A stretch of DNA of 64,000 bases from Kudoa neothunni. Lineage: Eukaryota; Animalia; Cnidaria. The stretch lies in contig OZ199838.1 of NCBI GenBank assembly GCA_964304625.1, forward strand, positions 10,001,741-10,065,740, given 5' to 3'. The notes under the pieces are model-generated. The model was not told the origin of the DNA. It saw nothing but the letters and a program-made list of their open reading frames with translations, and searched no databases. Every line of letters begins with the position of its first letter. Within the stretch, counting starts at the first letter, position 1. Position numbers and translations under genes: made by a program. Positions 12,980-24,931 of the stretch are shown in pieces.

Positions 12980-14110
12980 CTAGCTCGAATTGCCCAGCGT
13001 TGCTTGGGGAAGATTTCGCCTAGAGGCATTTTTTAATAGCATCCAAAAAATATATTTAAATCTCGAATTAACCCATAGAAACAAAATAACTAAAAATTTT
13101 TAATCAACTTACTATAACGATTTGGATTATGCAATTTAAATTATGATAATTTCTGTGAAGGAAAGTATCAATCCCTGCGTCCATTTAAAAATTTCGTGGC
13201 TCGGCACTAACGCTAAACAAGTTAAGGCCAGGGTTGTATTTTTTTCAATCCGAATTATTTAAATCCCATTAAAGTGTTATCTAAAACGTTATTTTTTGGC
13301 TCGGAGAATTTTTAAAAGTCGAATTCTGGCCAGGCTCGGTAACTGGGTGCACCACTAACTTTTTAAGAGAAAAAAATAGAAAAAATAAAAGAGATAAAAG
13401 AAAACTTATGAAAATTAATCGATATTGCTAAAATTACCATCGTTTAGCTCGGCATAAACATAAACAATTTAAATAATTTGGTGAAACAAAAGTACAACCA
13501 TCTGCATAGAATTCAATCACGTAAAGTAAAACTTAGCGGACAATTTAATGAAACCTATGAACGCAGTATTTCCATTATAACGCTTCAATCAATGTAACTT
13601 TAACGTTCTCCACGAATTCGTTATTTATGGAACATATATAGATTTTTTATCACATTGAAAACCATTAATAGAACTTATAAAATATACTTATCAAGTCATA
13701 TACGTTAAAACTCCGTAAATAAGGAGTGTGTTTCAACAGACACCCAAATAGAAACGCCAACCTTATATATAAAGATAGATAGAAGCAGTTAATGAACATA
13801 TGATGGAGCATATAAGGGTGATAGTTAACTTCAACCGACCATCGCCATGACATGAGCAGCGCTAATCCTATAGTTGAACTAATGTAATCCGATAAACAAA
13901 CATTAAATCGACAAAATCACTATTTCATAAATACTTTTTGGAAACTTTAGTCGTCCGAAAACAATTACACGGCTTTTTTAAATATCAAAAATTTATAAAA
14001 ATTTTATATATGTCTCTCTATAAGGAAAAAATTATCTGCACATGCGTACTTAGGGACATACACACACACATAAACATACCGACAGTCGTCTTTTATATAT
14101 ATACAAAGGA
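12980..14110 (-). mobile_element. Non-autonomous Helitron, copy A
   Basis: A|TC...TATATATAAAAG 5' end, subterminal hairpin CCCAAGCAACGCTGGG, CTAG|T 3' end; inverted near-copy at 55342-56433. Confidence 0.85.
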
Positions 14111-14119
14111 TAATTAAAT

Positions 14120-16414
14120 AACTATATGATGTCATATGGCATCATTTGGAGATTCAAATTGTAAGATAGTTGTCATTACGTATGCGTATATATATATATA
14201 TATATATATTAAACAATGAATATTTATTTAGCATGGTACGAAAAAAAAACAATTTCTGCCACTATTGAGACATAGATGCAAGTTACATTTTATGCAAAAG
14301 GTTATTCCATTTTCACTAGTTTTATATCTTCTAGCGACTAAGATTGGAATACATAAAATCTTGGTTGAAGCAGACGGTCGACCTCATTATGGGATTAAGC
14401 TGACATTTAGGCAAAAAAAACGTCTCCGTTTACTTCGATGCAAAACTCTTGTAAATCCATCATTTGTTTGGTTTTTACACCAAACAAGTTCCATTGACTT
14501 TGTTAGAGAAACCATCCATTTAGAAGGCACAGATTTAAATACCAAAAAAATATTCGGCACTGGTGGTGAAGTGTGGACCCTGCGTAATCCACGCATAACC
14601 CCTTAATCCTAAATTTGCGCCAAAAAGAAATATGTATATATTAGGCTACAGAGGATGGTCTTGTGTCATTTGTTGGAGGATATTATTCGTGGCTAATATT
14701 TCGTCGTTGGCGTACAATTCTCGCCACATGAACTCGCCGAGGTGACTCGCAAAGGTAGATGTTTGAACACCAGCCATTCTTTTTAAATTTCCGTTTACAA
14801 TGGAATGGATGACACTTCCTGGTTTTATGGATCTTTCCACATAATACAAGAGTGCATCTTCAGTTCTGTCTTCGACCAAAACTAAAAATTCCCCCTTTTC
14901 AGTGATATTGTACCCGCCAAAAACCCACTTTTGTTTCTGCGGTTAATAACTCATCGATTTGAACTATATGATCCATTCAACCAATTTTATAGTCATCTTT
15001 CATCAGCGTTCTTGAGCAGACATCTCGAAAATATTAATTCCACTTGATAATGGTGGTTTTATCTAATGAAAACTCATCCTTGGCTTTAAAAATTGGTTTT
15101 CCTGTGCTCCAGGAATAGCAGACCTTAAGAAATTCTTGAAAAGTGCCTTTCTTCAAGGATATCTTAATATTTTTGTGTGTGGCACACTTATAAATTTTGG
15201 AACTTCGATACTTTATCAAGCTCATCTGTATCCCACATTTCTCACATAATGGAGGTGTTTTCTTCAAAATGTTTCTATCCTGTTAAAATTTAAAACTGGC
15301 CTCTTCTGAAGAAGTTATCGATGAAAGGAAATCGAAACTTATTTTAGTGCGATTAAAAGATTATGCATCTTTTAATCGTCTTAATCCTGGGCCACACTTC
15401 ACCATCAGCGGCAAATATTCGGTTGTACCATTTGCATGATTTGTGGCCCAAACTATACAAGGCTATTAGCATGTCAAATAAATCAACACCACCCATGTGT
15501 TTGTTGTACATTTTGACCATGTTGGGGCAGGCTATTGTTATCATATTCTTTGCTTTCTTGTCGAATCAAGGTGTAAAGGATAGAGGAAACGCAGAGTAAT
15601 AGGTTGACGATACGTTAACAATAGGCCCATCAAGCCATCTTAAAACGTTAATTTTGGTCCCATTTTAATGGTAGATTCCAAACTCGAAACTTCCTTGATA
15701 TAACTTTTTCATATGTTTGTCATCCTTGAAGGGACATTTATCCATGCGATTTTTTCTGATGGTGGAAGTTGAGAAATAATTATCATAATATATATGATAA
15801 GTTTTGTCGGGTAGAGTTTCGCAGAGCTTCATCACGATATCAGATGATTTGCTCCCAGTGCTTGTTTAAGGAGTAATTGCAGGCTCACCGTCGAAAAAGA
15901 AATCATGGATTATTCCACCTGCGCCATTTCTTGTGTAAACTTTGAAACACCATTTCGTAGGTTTTGATGGAAGATAACGTTTTAAATTTGATTTACCATT
16001 TAATGGGATCATCTGTTCGTCAATCGACTGATTGTACTCAGGTTCGACTTCCAAACATGCTTGTCTTATTATATAAAGGACAGCCTTTATTTTATAAATT
16101 CGGACATCTCCAGAATGGTCTCGGTGATGGTACGGTGTTGTTGTTATCACAAAAATGAAGATATCGTAATAGTAGCCCGAACCTATCTGTGGTCATTCGT
16201 TCAGCTATAGCATTATAGCTCAGCTTTTTCGACCAATAACTTTTGTACCTTGGCAATTTTGCAATTGACATACGTATGAAAATCCCGATGAGCAAACGAA
16301 TTTCTTCAATAAAGAACCGATTAAAATAAGAATATGGATCCGTAATAGTATTGTCAATATCTTTAAACGATAATTCAGATTCACTTAATTGTGGCATCAT
16401 TCGGGTCGAAAGGG
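14120..16414 (-). mobile_element. Decayed piggyBac (PGBD3-like), interrupted by a Merlin
   Basis: TTAA|CCCTTTCGACCCG end at 16414; QSIDEQMIP...YLPSKPTKW, YMDNYF, YNKHMGGVDLFD, KWYNRIF|FWYLNLCLLNGW, C-terminal CIKCNLHLCLNSGRNCFFSYH; left end approximate. Confidence 0.88.
14556..15412 (-). mobile_element. Merlin (IS1595-like) element, internally deleted
   Basis: TIR GGCACTGGTGGTGAAGTGTGG; perfect 8-bp TSD AAATATTC (14548-14555, 15413-15420); KWVFGG, VEDRTEDALL..VERSIKPGSVIHS, HLGEFMWR. Confidence 0.92.
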
Positions 16415-16548
16415 TTAAATATAGAATTCCATACTTATTGCACAAAGTGGGCAATATCTTAATGCGCAATAAGCGTAATCGACTGTATATGCAAATTATT
16501 GACATAAAGTACTGTCACAGCTTTTTTTCTGAAAAATATATAATTTTT

Positions 16549-19500
16549 GGCGCTGGTGGCGGAATGTGGTCCCGGATTAAAGGGATTAAAAAATTACGCA
16601 GCTTTTTAATTTATAAAAATGAGTTTCAACTGGATTTCATTAATAACATCATCAGAAGTGGCCAATAGTGAATTTTTGAGAAATTAAAATATTTCAAGAA
16701 CGAATGAGCCATTGTGCGAAAATTATGGAAGATCGATGATTTTTACTTAAATATCGCAACTCCAAAATATATAGAAATGCTTCACACAAAAAGAACAAAA
16801 TTTATCAAAAAAAGGAATGTTTGTTGTAAACTAAAACTTGAGTTTCCAAGAATCTATTAATATCTGTTGCTCTTAGAGTACCTAACGGCCAAATTTTAAA
16901 GCTGTTGAAGAGATTATGCTAAACACAAATACCATTATTCAATTGTACCAATATTTTGGCAATGTTTGCACACGAACTTTGATAAAATGACAATAACATT
17001 GATAGATCTGGGCATATTATTAAAATTTATGAGTTTGATGACGAAAGCAAAAAATGGGTTTTTGGAGTATACGATGTAAAGAAAAAAGAGGTAAATTGGT
17101 TTAACCGGAAGGCCGAATTGAGTATACTCTTCTTTATAACGTAGGAAAATTTATAAACTCAACAAATATTGTTCATTCTGACCAATGGCCATTAAATAAA
17201 CGAATGCGGGAAATTCCTGCGGATTCTTCCAATTAACATGTGAGTGTAAATCAAATTAAAGATGTTAAGGAGCTAATAATTGGTATCCATACATATTAAA
17301 CTGAATGTTATTGGAAGAATTGTGCAAAGAAAGGCAGTGGCTTTTGACACGCTAATGAATTTCTCCAAATTCTTAAATTATTTGGGTCTCTGCTATTCAT
17401 TCATTTTTTAAGCATAATTTTTCCTAATTGATTTTTAAATTTTATGTTAAATACTCATCGCTGAATTTTCCACATGTAAATGTCTACATTATCTAGGAAT
17501 ATTGGACCGTTAAAGCATATATAAAGTTAGATAATGTTAACTATAGAAGTTATAATGTTTGAAGATGAAATTTATTTCAAATTTTCAAGGTTGGTTATTA
17601 TCATAATGAAAAGGTAGGCGGTGTTTAGGCATTAAGACCTCATGGCTTAAAATCACTGATATCTGCAAATTAATTAGTAATACTGTTGCAATCTTGCATT
17701 TAGCTTCACCGTACAAAGTATCACGCAATAGTACACCAACAATATAATAGGTTATCTAATTAATCTAAGGTTCGTTTCCGCGCCTGAATCAGCCGCCTTT
17801 TAATTATCACAAATACAAACATATAACCCAATATTTAATTTCGTTTATATATCAAATAATTTATTCTGTTTAACGTTTATTAAGTCGTATCTAACAACTC
17901 AGGACATTTTATAAGGTTAGTTTTTTCAAATATAATTCATTAACTATCAAGTCGAATGTAAATTAATTAGCCGAAAAGCAATATTTAAGTTTTACACAGA
18001 TAACTATTACGCAAACAAGTGCGATTGAGGATAACATAGCAACTGATATTTTTGAAGTGGTAATGCTATATTCTAAGATCACGCGAGAAAGACACTATGT
18101 GAGAACAATGAGAGTTGCGCCGCACGCGCGCATAATGAATTATAATCCAGCTTATAGCAGGTAAAAAGTTTACCTCATTTAAGCATCTTGAAGATTCCAT
18201 ACAATTATACGAACAGAAGACTTACAGCAACTTAATGACGCGAGATTCCAAAAAAATTAGCAATATCAAGCGAATTCTCACTAAAACGTTCAATGAGGAT
18301 TTAATCTATTATTCAATAAAATATGTATATTATTTTAGCAATCAGTATCGATATCGATCAAAAGGCATAAGACAATGTCATACTTTAAAAGGTAACTGTC
18401 CGGTTCATATATCCTTGAGTATTAGTCCCGATGGACAAACACTTGAAGCGAAATCCTTGAATTTGGATCATAATCACGGAAAAAATGAAATTTTTTTCAA
18501 TTGTTTGCCGCCACAGCGTAAATTGGATAAGAATAAAGATTTAATATCAGAGTTAGTTTCTTTGGGAGTCAACAAAAAATTGCTGCAATCTAAAATCCAA
18601 CAAGAGACCAGGAAAAAAATTACATTGAAATTAATACATAATTCAAAAATAAATATGTCGAGTAAAATAAATGATATCAACTATATTTATCAATTTCTCA
18701 ACGTTAATTATAATTGTGATGTGAGAATATTGGCTGGCGAAAACAATCAAGTTAATGCAATATTATTCCTGGATGAAGAAGTGAAGAAGGTTTTTTCCTT
18801 TTTCCCAGAGCTACTTTTAGTTGATGCAACCTAAAAACTACTAGATTCATGGTAATTTCTACGGATTTATGTTGTTTTATTTAAACTATTTTTATTAATG
18901 TATATCTCATGTAAGTAGTGCCTGCATTATGTATGAGGAAACTGAAGCCGTTACCAATTGGAATATCGATGAACTAATATCAATTGTGCCGTGGATAAAA
19001 CAAAAAGTACTGTCCATTGTTACTGATAGGGATTTAAAACTCCGTAAAGCTCTGAAAAATCATTATTCTAGTTCTGCATTAATTCTTTGTAAATTTTACG
19101 TAATACAGACGTTCCAACGAGAGTTGAGACCTGCTAAATATAATATAAAAAATGAAATCAAAGATACTATTTTAGATATTATTAGAAAAATGATGTTTTC
19201 GAAAAACGAAGAACAATACAAAATCTTACTTGCTGAACTATGCAATCACAAATATGAAGATTTTAACGCTTCTTTCAGAAAAAATTGGGACCCTATTCTT
19301 TCACAATGGATAATTTCTTTGAGTGATGCAAGGCATTATTACGACAACCTAAACTAACAATAAATTGGAATGTCTCAACCCAAATTAAAGACCACTATTA
19401 AAAAAATTTCTAGATTAGATGAATTCTTTGAGAAATTTTTCACCATTTTAAATTCTCTAAGAACAGAGAGGACATGTCATAGTGCGACAGAACTATCAAA

Positions 19501-21048
19501 ATCGACACATTTAAATATTGAGACTGAGATAGAAAGAAATTACTGCGATTTTTTGACATCATTTTCTTTTAAATTAATAACCAAAGAAATTTAAAAAATT
19601 GGGAATAAATTTGATGTTGGAATAGAGTATGACTCCACTTCAAATTCTTGTACGTGCCCCTTCTATCGTTCTTACCAATTGCCTTGTCAATACATATTCG
19701 CTCTAAGATGTAAATTATTGATGCCCATGTTCGAACCCCAACTGTATCATTTCAGATGGAGCCAAGATCATATTTCAAATTTTATTAAAGAAAATACTAA
19801 AATAAATATAGTAGAAAACAATTTAACAAGGTCTGTAGTAAAAAAGAAAAATTCGGAAAACCTCTCAACTTTTTCTAAGCGAATGAAAACCGCTTATGTG
19901 TATACAGACAAATTAGCAACAATTTCTGCTGAGTATTGTGGTGAATATTTCAACTGTTGTGTGGAATATATTCTAATCTCAGAAAACATAATTAAAAGCC
20001 ATAACCTAGTCGGTTTAAAGAAATTAATAAGTGTACACTATTATCTGCTAACACATTGATTATTTTTAGAGTTGGCAAAGATTCTAGATTCATCCACAGA
20101 ATGCAATGTGGATACCGATATAGTCGAGTCACCATTCCCTTGTAAGAGTGATAACTCTTTATAATTATTTATAGATGTTAATTATACTAAATTAGGTGAT
20201 AATGCAAATGTCATAAAGGGCTTGTCTGAAAATAGCCAGCCCAAAACATGTGTAGTCTCCACATCACCAATTAAACTAAAGGAAACTCCCGAATCATCGC
20301 AGCCCCAAAATGACTCAACTGGTGACAAGTCTACAGAATGTTTGGGAATAAAAGGTTTGCATTTTCGTTTATCGTAATAATTATTATTTAGATCTTATAT
20401 TGCCCAAAAAAGTAAAAGCAGTTGGAAGACCCAGGGGATAGAGATTAACCGCTCTTAAATGGTCAAGAAAACGATCTAAAAATTGAAAATTTATCTAAAT
20501 AAATAAAACAATATAATAAAATTCAAATTATCTATTCTATAATGAATATGTTTATTACATATCAAAGCTTATTCTATACGCAATCCAATTACATGATATT
20601 ATCAACTAAAACTTTTCTTCTATAATTAAAAGGAATTTCTTTTATTTCAAAAACGTTAATATTATCATACTTAAATGTTTAAATGCGCCTTCGAAGCTTA
20701 TATGGTCGCATTAAGGGTGGTAAATACCAAAATCTACGCTCATAGGTATAACATTAATATTCAATATTTTTTATCATAAGTTTCAAATCTTGGATGAAAA
20801 AACGTTCTAATTAATACTAGAAATTCATAATAATGGTTGGTGTAAAAACTTCTACTATTATTAACCATCATGATGAATTCATGTAACGAGACATGCGCGC
20901 ATATGGTGACGTTCTAGCAGTTGATAGTATTTCGCATTAAGTTTCATCAGAATATCCTCCGTAGTGTAATATTTTATATTTTGTGCAAACATTGAGGATT
21001 AACGACTAAATACCGATTACGCATGGTCCACACTCCGCCACCAGTGCC
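16549..21048 (+). mobile_element. Merlin element (4.5 kb) carrying a nested MULE
   Basis: TIRs GGCGCTGGTGGCGGAATGTGG / CCACACTCCGCCACCAGTGCC; perfect 8-bp TSD TAATTTTT (16541-16548, 21049-21056); remnant KKWVFGVYD and VHSDQWP at ~17050-17190. Confidence 0.88.
18130..20490 (+). mobile_element. Mutator-like (MULE, ZSWIM1/3-type) transposase pseudogene
   Basis: FAR1/WRKY-like CP...HNH; FPELLLVDAT; IVTDRD...LILCKFY; SWIM-like CTCPFYRSYQLPCQYIFA; C-terminal GRPRG; in-frame stops. Confidence 0.85.
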
Positions 21049-21363
21049 TAATTTTTAATTTAGTTATATACAATTAATGACAAACAATCATTAATTGAAA
21101 TCTGCGGAGAAGTTAATTCTAAATTGATTAACTTCACGAAACTGCAGATGTTTGAGCTCAATAGCAATAATACCGAACAATTGTGCGAGTTTAACCGAAA
21201 CGATAACGGAATAAATCGGCTAATATAAGTTTATAATCTAGACTTCACACTTTATAAAATTATAATAATTGATCAAAATAGATTTTTCTATTTTTTACAG
21301 ATTGGTTTAAATGTATATGTAACAAAAATTATTTTGTCAAACCTACAAGCGAATTACATTATA

Positions 21364-21421
21364 ATTCTATTTATGTAACAATGCGGCCGCGGCGTGAATA
21401 ATTGAATTAATCGCGTATAAA
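21364..21421 (+). promoter_or_regulatory. Conserved H2A upstream motif plus TATA (copy 2)
   Basis: ATGCGGCCGCGGCGTGAATAATTG (21381-21404), then TATAAA at 21416, 41 nt before the ATG. Confidence 0.6.
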
Positions 21422-21456
21422 CGGTAGATGTTCCGGCTGGCCTAGTTGACAGGGAG

Positions 21457-21852
21457 ATGAGCGGAAGAGGTAAAGGTGCTGGTAAAGCTAAAGGAAAGCC
21501 TAAGAGTAGATCAAGCAAAGCTGGATTGCAGTTCCCCGTTGGTCGTCTTCACAGACGTCTTAAGAAGGGTAACTATGCTGAGAGAGTTGGTAGCTCTGCT
21601 CCAGTCTACTTAGCAGCCGTCTTGGAATATCTTGCTGCTGAGGTTTTGGAGTTGGCTGGTAACGCCGCTAGAGACAACAAAAAATCTAGAATCATCCCGA
21701 GACACCTTCAATTGGCCATCAGAAATGATGAAGAATTGAGCAAACTTCTCTCTGGAGTCACCATTGCTCAAGGTGGTGTCATCCCAAACATCCAATCTGC
21801 TCTTCTTCCCAGAAAGACTGATTCTCATGCCAAAGACTCTCAGGAGGTCTGA
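21457..21852 (+). CDS. H2AX: Histone H2A.X-type, copy 2 (intact, intronless, 131 aa)
   Basis: SGRGK...[12 protein letters not shown]...[44 protein letters not shown]; C-terminal SQ-E-hydrophobic motif SQEV. Confidence 0.96.
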   Translation: MSGRGKGAGKAKGKPKSRSSKAGLQFPVGRLHRRLKKGNYAERVGSSAPVYLAAVLEYLAAEVLELAGNAARDNKKSRIIPRHLQLAIRNDEELSKLLSGVTIAQGGVIPNIQSALLPRKTDSHAKDSQEV

Positions 21853-22549
21853 TTGACATTTCTTTTTTGTAAATTTTTGTTTTTTGCCGAATTTGAAATT
21901 TGTGTCCTCTTTGCCGCTTTGGTTTGTTGCGTCTTAGCGTAGAGTTTGCGCGGTTAAGCTTGTAATTTGTTGATTGCTGTAGGCGCTGTGTCTGTCTCCT
22001 GTCGTAGGTTTTTAAAGAAAAAAGCTCTCGTTGGTCTTAAGTGGGAAGGGTGAACTACAGTGGTAGTGAGCAGGGTGTGGTCCGCGGACAGGTTTATTAA
22101 GCTGAAAAATTGCGTGAGCATGTACGTGTTTTCAAAATCTAGTAACGCCAAGACAGCATTTCTTTTCTATAAACTACTAAGTTAACAACGTTTTGATGTT
22201 TTACCTATGCTTGCACAGCACCTATGATTATCAAATGTGAATGAGGTAAGATCTAATATGTGCTTCAAACAAAATAACGTGTTATCCATTTTGGAAAAAA
22301 ACTGGTACACGAGATTCAATTTACAACAAAAAGAATCTAAAAATAACTAAATAATAGAAAAATATATGAGAAGAGCATGTGATACTAATACATAAATTAG
22401 GTTTGACGCAATAAGAACCATATCCTTACTTTCTATTATAATATTCGTTGCGTTTACAAAATTCTCATTTATTAATATATTCGAAAATGGATACATTCTA
22501 TGTAAGTTGTATAATTTTTTAGATATCCTAAAATTTTAAACTATAATTA

Positions 22550-23718
22550 TCTATCTACTATATATATATAAAGCTGTTGTCTGTTAGTGTGTGTTTGCAG
22601 CAGTACGCATGTGCCATGGAGAAACTTTTCTTAAATACAGTTTTTAGTTTTCATTTGATTAAATGATAACATTAATAAAAATCGTTCATTTACTTAGAAG
22701 TATAGATATAATCAATACTGCAGTCAGAAGTAAGGAATTTTCTGATTGTTTACTTCAGAGTGGTACTCAATTAGAATGAACTTTTACTCACGATATACTA
22801 GGTAAATCCGTTAATTATGCCTGTTTGGAGTAATTTTAAGACGGATAATGCCACTAAAGCCATATTTACAAGAGATGTTGCATTTCTTTTAAAATTTGAA
22901 ACATAACAAAATTATTTAGGATGTATTTTCATTTTTCTAGCGTTATGGATATAGGTAAGCGAAAACTAATTCATTATGATATAAAAGCAGCATTCAAGTA
23001 TGCTACATCGCATTCTCTACGTAGTTTAAGAATTTATATTCACGATTACTTTTGCACAAAATACAACCCCCTCTCAATATGTGCCATGTGTGTTAATAAG
23101 AAATTTTTTTAGGACACTCAAACAATACGTTTTTTTAAAGGGTGCACTCCTTAGAGAAAACCAGTTGATATTTAAGCATAACTATAATTTTTTAACTCCA
23201 AAACATCTTTACATTTTAGATTTAATCGTATTTTGTTAATTAAATTTATATATATTTGAACCAGTAAGTATTTGTATTAAAAAGAAAGGTTTCATTAATT
23301 TACAAATCGGGAAATTATGTTAAAATAGTGAATACGTACGGTAACACTCACAACTTATTAAAACCTCATTAAAATCCTTTATAAAATTACAAAAAAAGAG
23401 TAACAATTAATATTTTTATTTCTGACTCATCTTAGGTTTATTTTTATCGAAAAATGTTGAAAAGAACTGAAAGTCCTATTTAAGTTACTTAATGATTTTG
23501 TTTCATAAATAACTGAACTTTAGTCGCTAATTACATTTATCTCCATACCTTTATTTATATTTGAATGGAAAGTGTGCGCATAATTTCGTGTATCCAAATC
23601 ATCATATTGCAAAAATAATGACAAGCTTTAAAATGCATAAATTATAATAGAAAAATAAAATTATAAGTTAAAATTTTCCATCACATAGTACCAGACAAAG
23701 CTAGGCATTAGCGATATT
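22550..23718 (+). mobile_element. Degenerate non-autonomous Helitron
   Basis: 5' TCTATCTACTATATATATATAAAGC...(TG)n; a decayed 3' hairpin-like end near 23690-23718 (uncertain). Confidence 0.5.
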
Positions 23719-24931
23719 TACTTAAAAATCAAAAAGGCTTTTATATGGTAGTAAATTATGGCATTTATTCATATTATGGTAAAAAGTCCCCTAGATTTTG
23801 CATTTTATTTTTCAGAATGTTCTTTTAATTTAAATAATCATTCCATATTTTTCTCAATACAGAATCAATAACTAAATAAAATTTCTAATCCTTTGGATCC
23901 GTAAAAAGAAATAAAGTAAGAAATCGCCCAGAAAATCCTCAAAACGAAGTTATAAAAGAATTGTGGCAATAAGATGATTTTTAAGATTTTAAAAATATAC
24001 TTATTTGTACGCATTCATTTTCAGAACCTATTAGTATAGCAAAAAAATTAGGCAGACGTGTTAAGAGATTGACCAGCTTGGATTGTCCCTATATTGTTTT
24101 TTTAAAATAACAAAAATAAAGGTATAGAAGGTCCTTCTGATTTATGAATGGCGTTTTAAAGATAAAACAATGAATTTCTTAGGTATTATATGTGGAAATT
24201 ATAATATAACTTAAATACAGAATTCAACAATGCCTGGTTGTTTTCATTATTTAAAATCAGGAAGCTCTAAAAGATGAATTGATTTGACCTGTTATATTTT
24301 ATACATTGTATGAATGAACATGTGATTTATTATAAAAATCAGTTGTAGTCACAAAGCCTGGACGTCTTTCAAATGTTACACAAAAATACACTAGACTTTT
24401 TTGTTATTATATTTAAATGAAATTTAACCAGTTGTCTAAATTGATAAGATTGGATTGCGTTGGTCATTCTCCCCCGTTAGAGTAGACTTTAAGCAGATGT
24501 GATCTGTGTAAATATACACAGTTCAGCTGATTTAATGCAACATCCGTTGTTGCGCATAAAGAAAACTTTTTAGCTTAGAATGTTTTATATTGCGATAAAA
24601 AAGGTTAAATTATAAATATTAAATTATGTCTAAATCTGAAGATAAATTAATGATATTTAATTTACTGTATCAATTTATTTACATTAATAGAAAACTTTAT
24701 ATACTTTTACGAAATATAGTAAAAAAGTAATTTATTTGATTTAATACAGTATGCGCCAACTCAAGCGTTATGTACGATTCAACATATTACGTGAACAATT
24801 CAGTTTTAATTTCAAATTTCGCGACATCTCCTGGGATATTGAAATTTTGACATAATAGAACTTAAGCGCAAAAATAACCATTTTTTTGTAAACAAATAAT
24901 CACAACCATTTCGGAGTGTAAAAATTTTAGC

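Noticed and set aside
13665-13853. Duplicated 62-64 aa ORF (also 55552-55746) as a small protein
   Set aside because: Lies within a non-coding Helitron repeat; identity reflects DNA copying and no domain is recognisable.
15351-16600. Repeats at 15351-15412 and 16549-16600 as TIRs of the piggyBac between them
   Set aside because: TSDs show they are ends of two separate flanking Merlin elements.
21852-22650. Helitron-mediated duplication of H2A
   Set aside because: Neither copy is enclosed between a correctly oriented Helitron 5' TC end and 3' CTAG end that I could identify; proximity is expected at this TE density.
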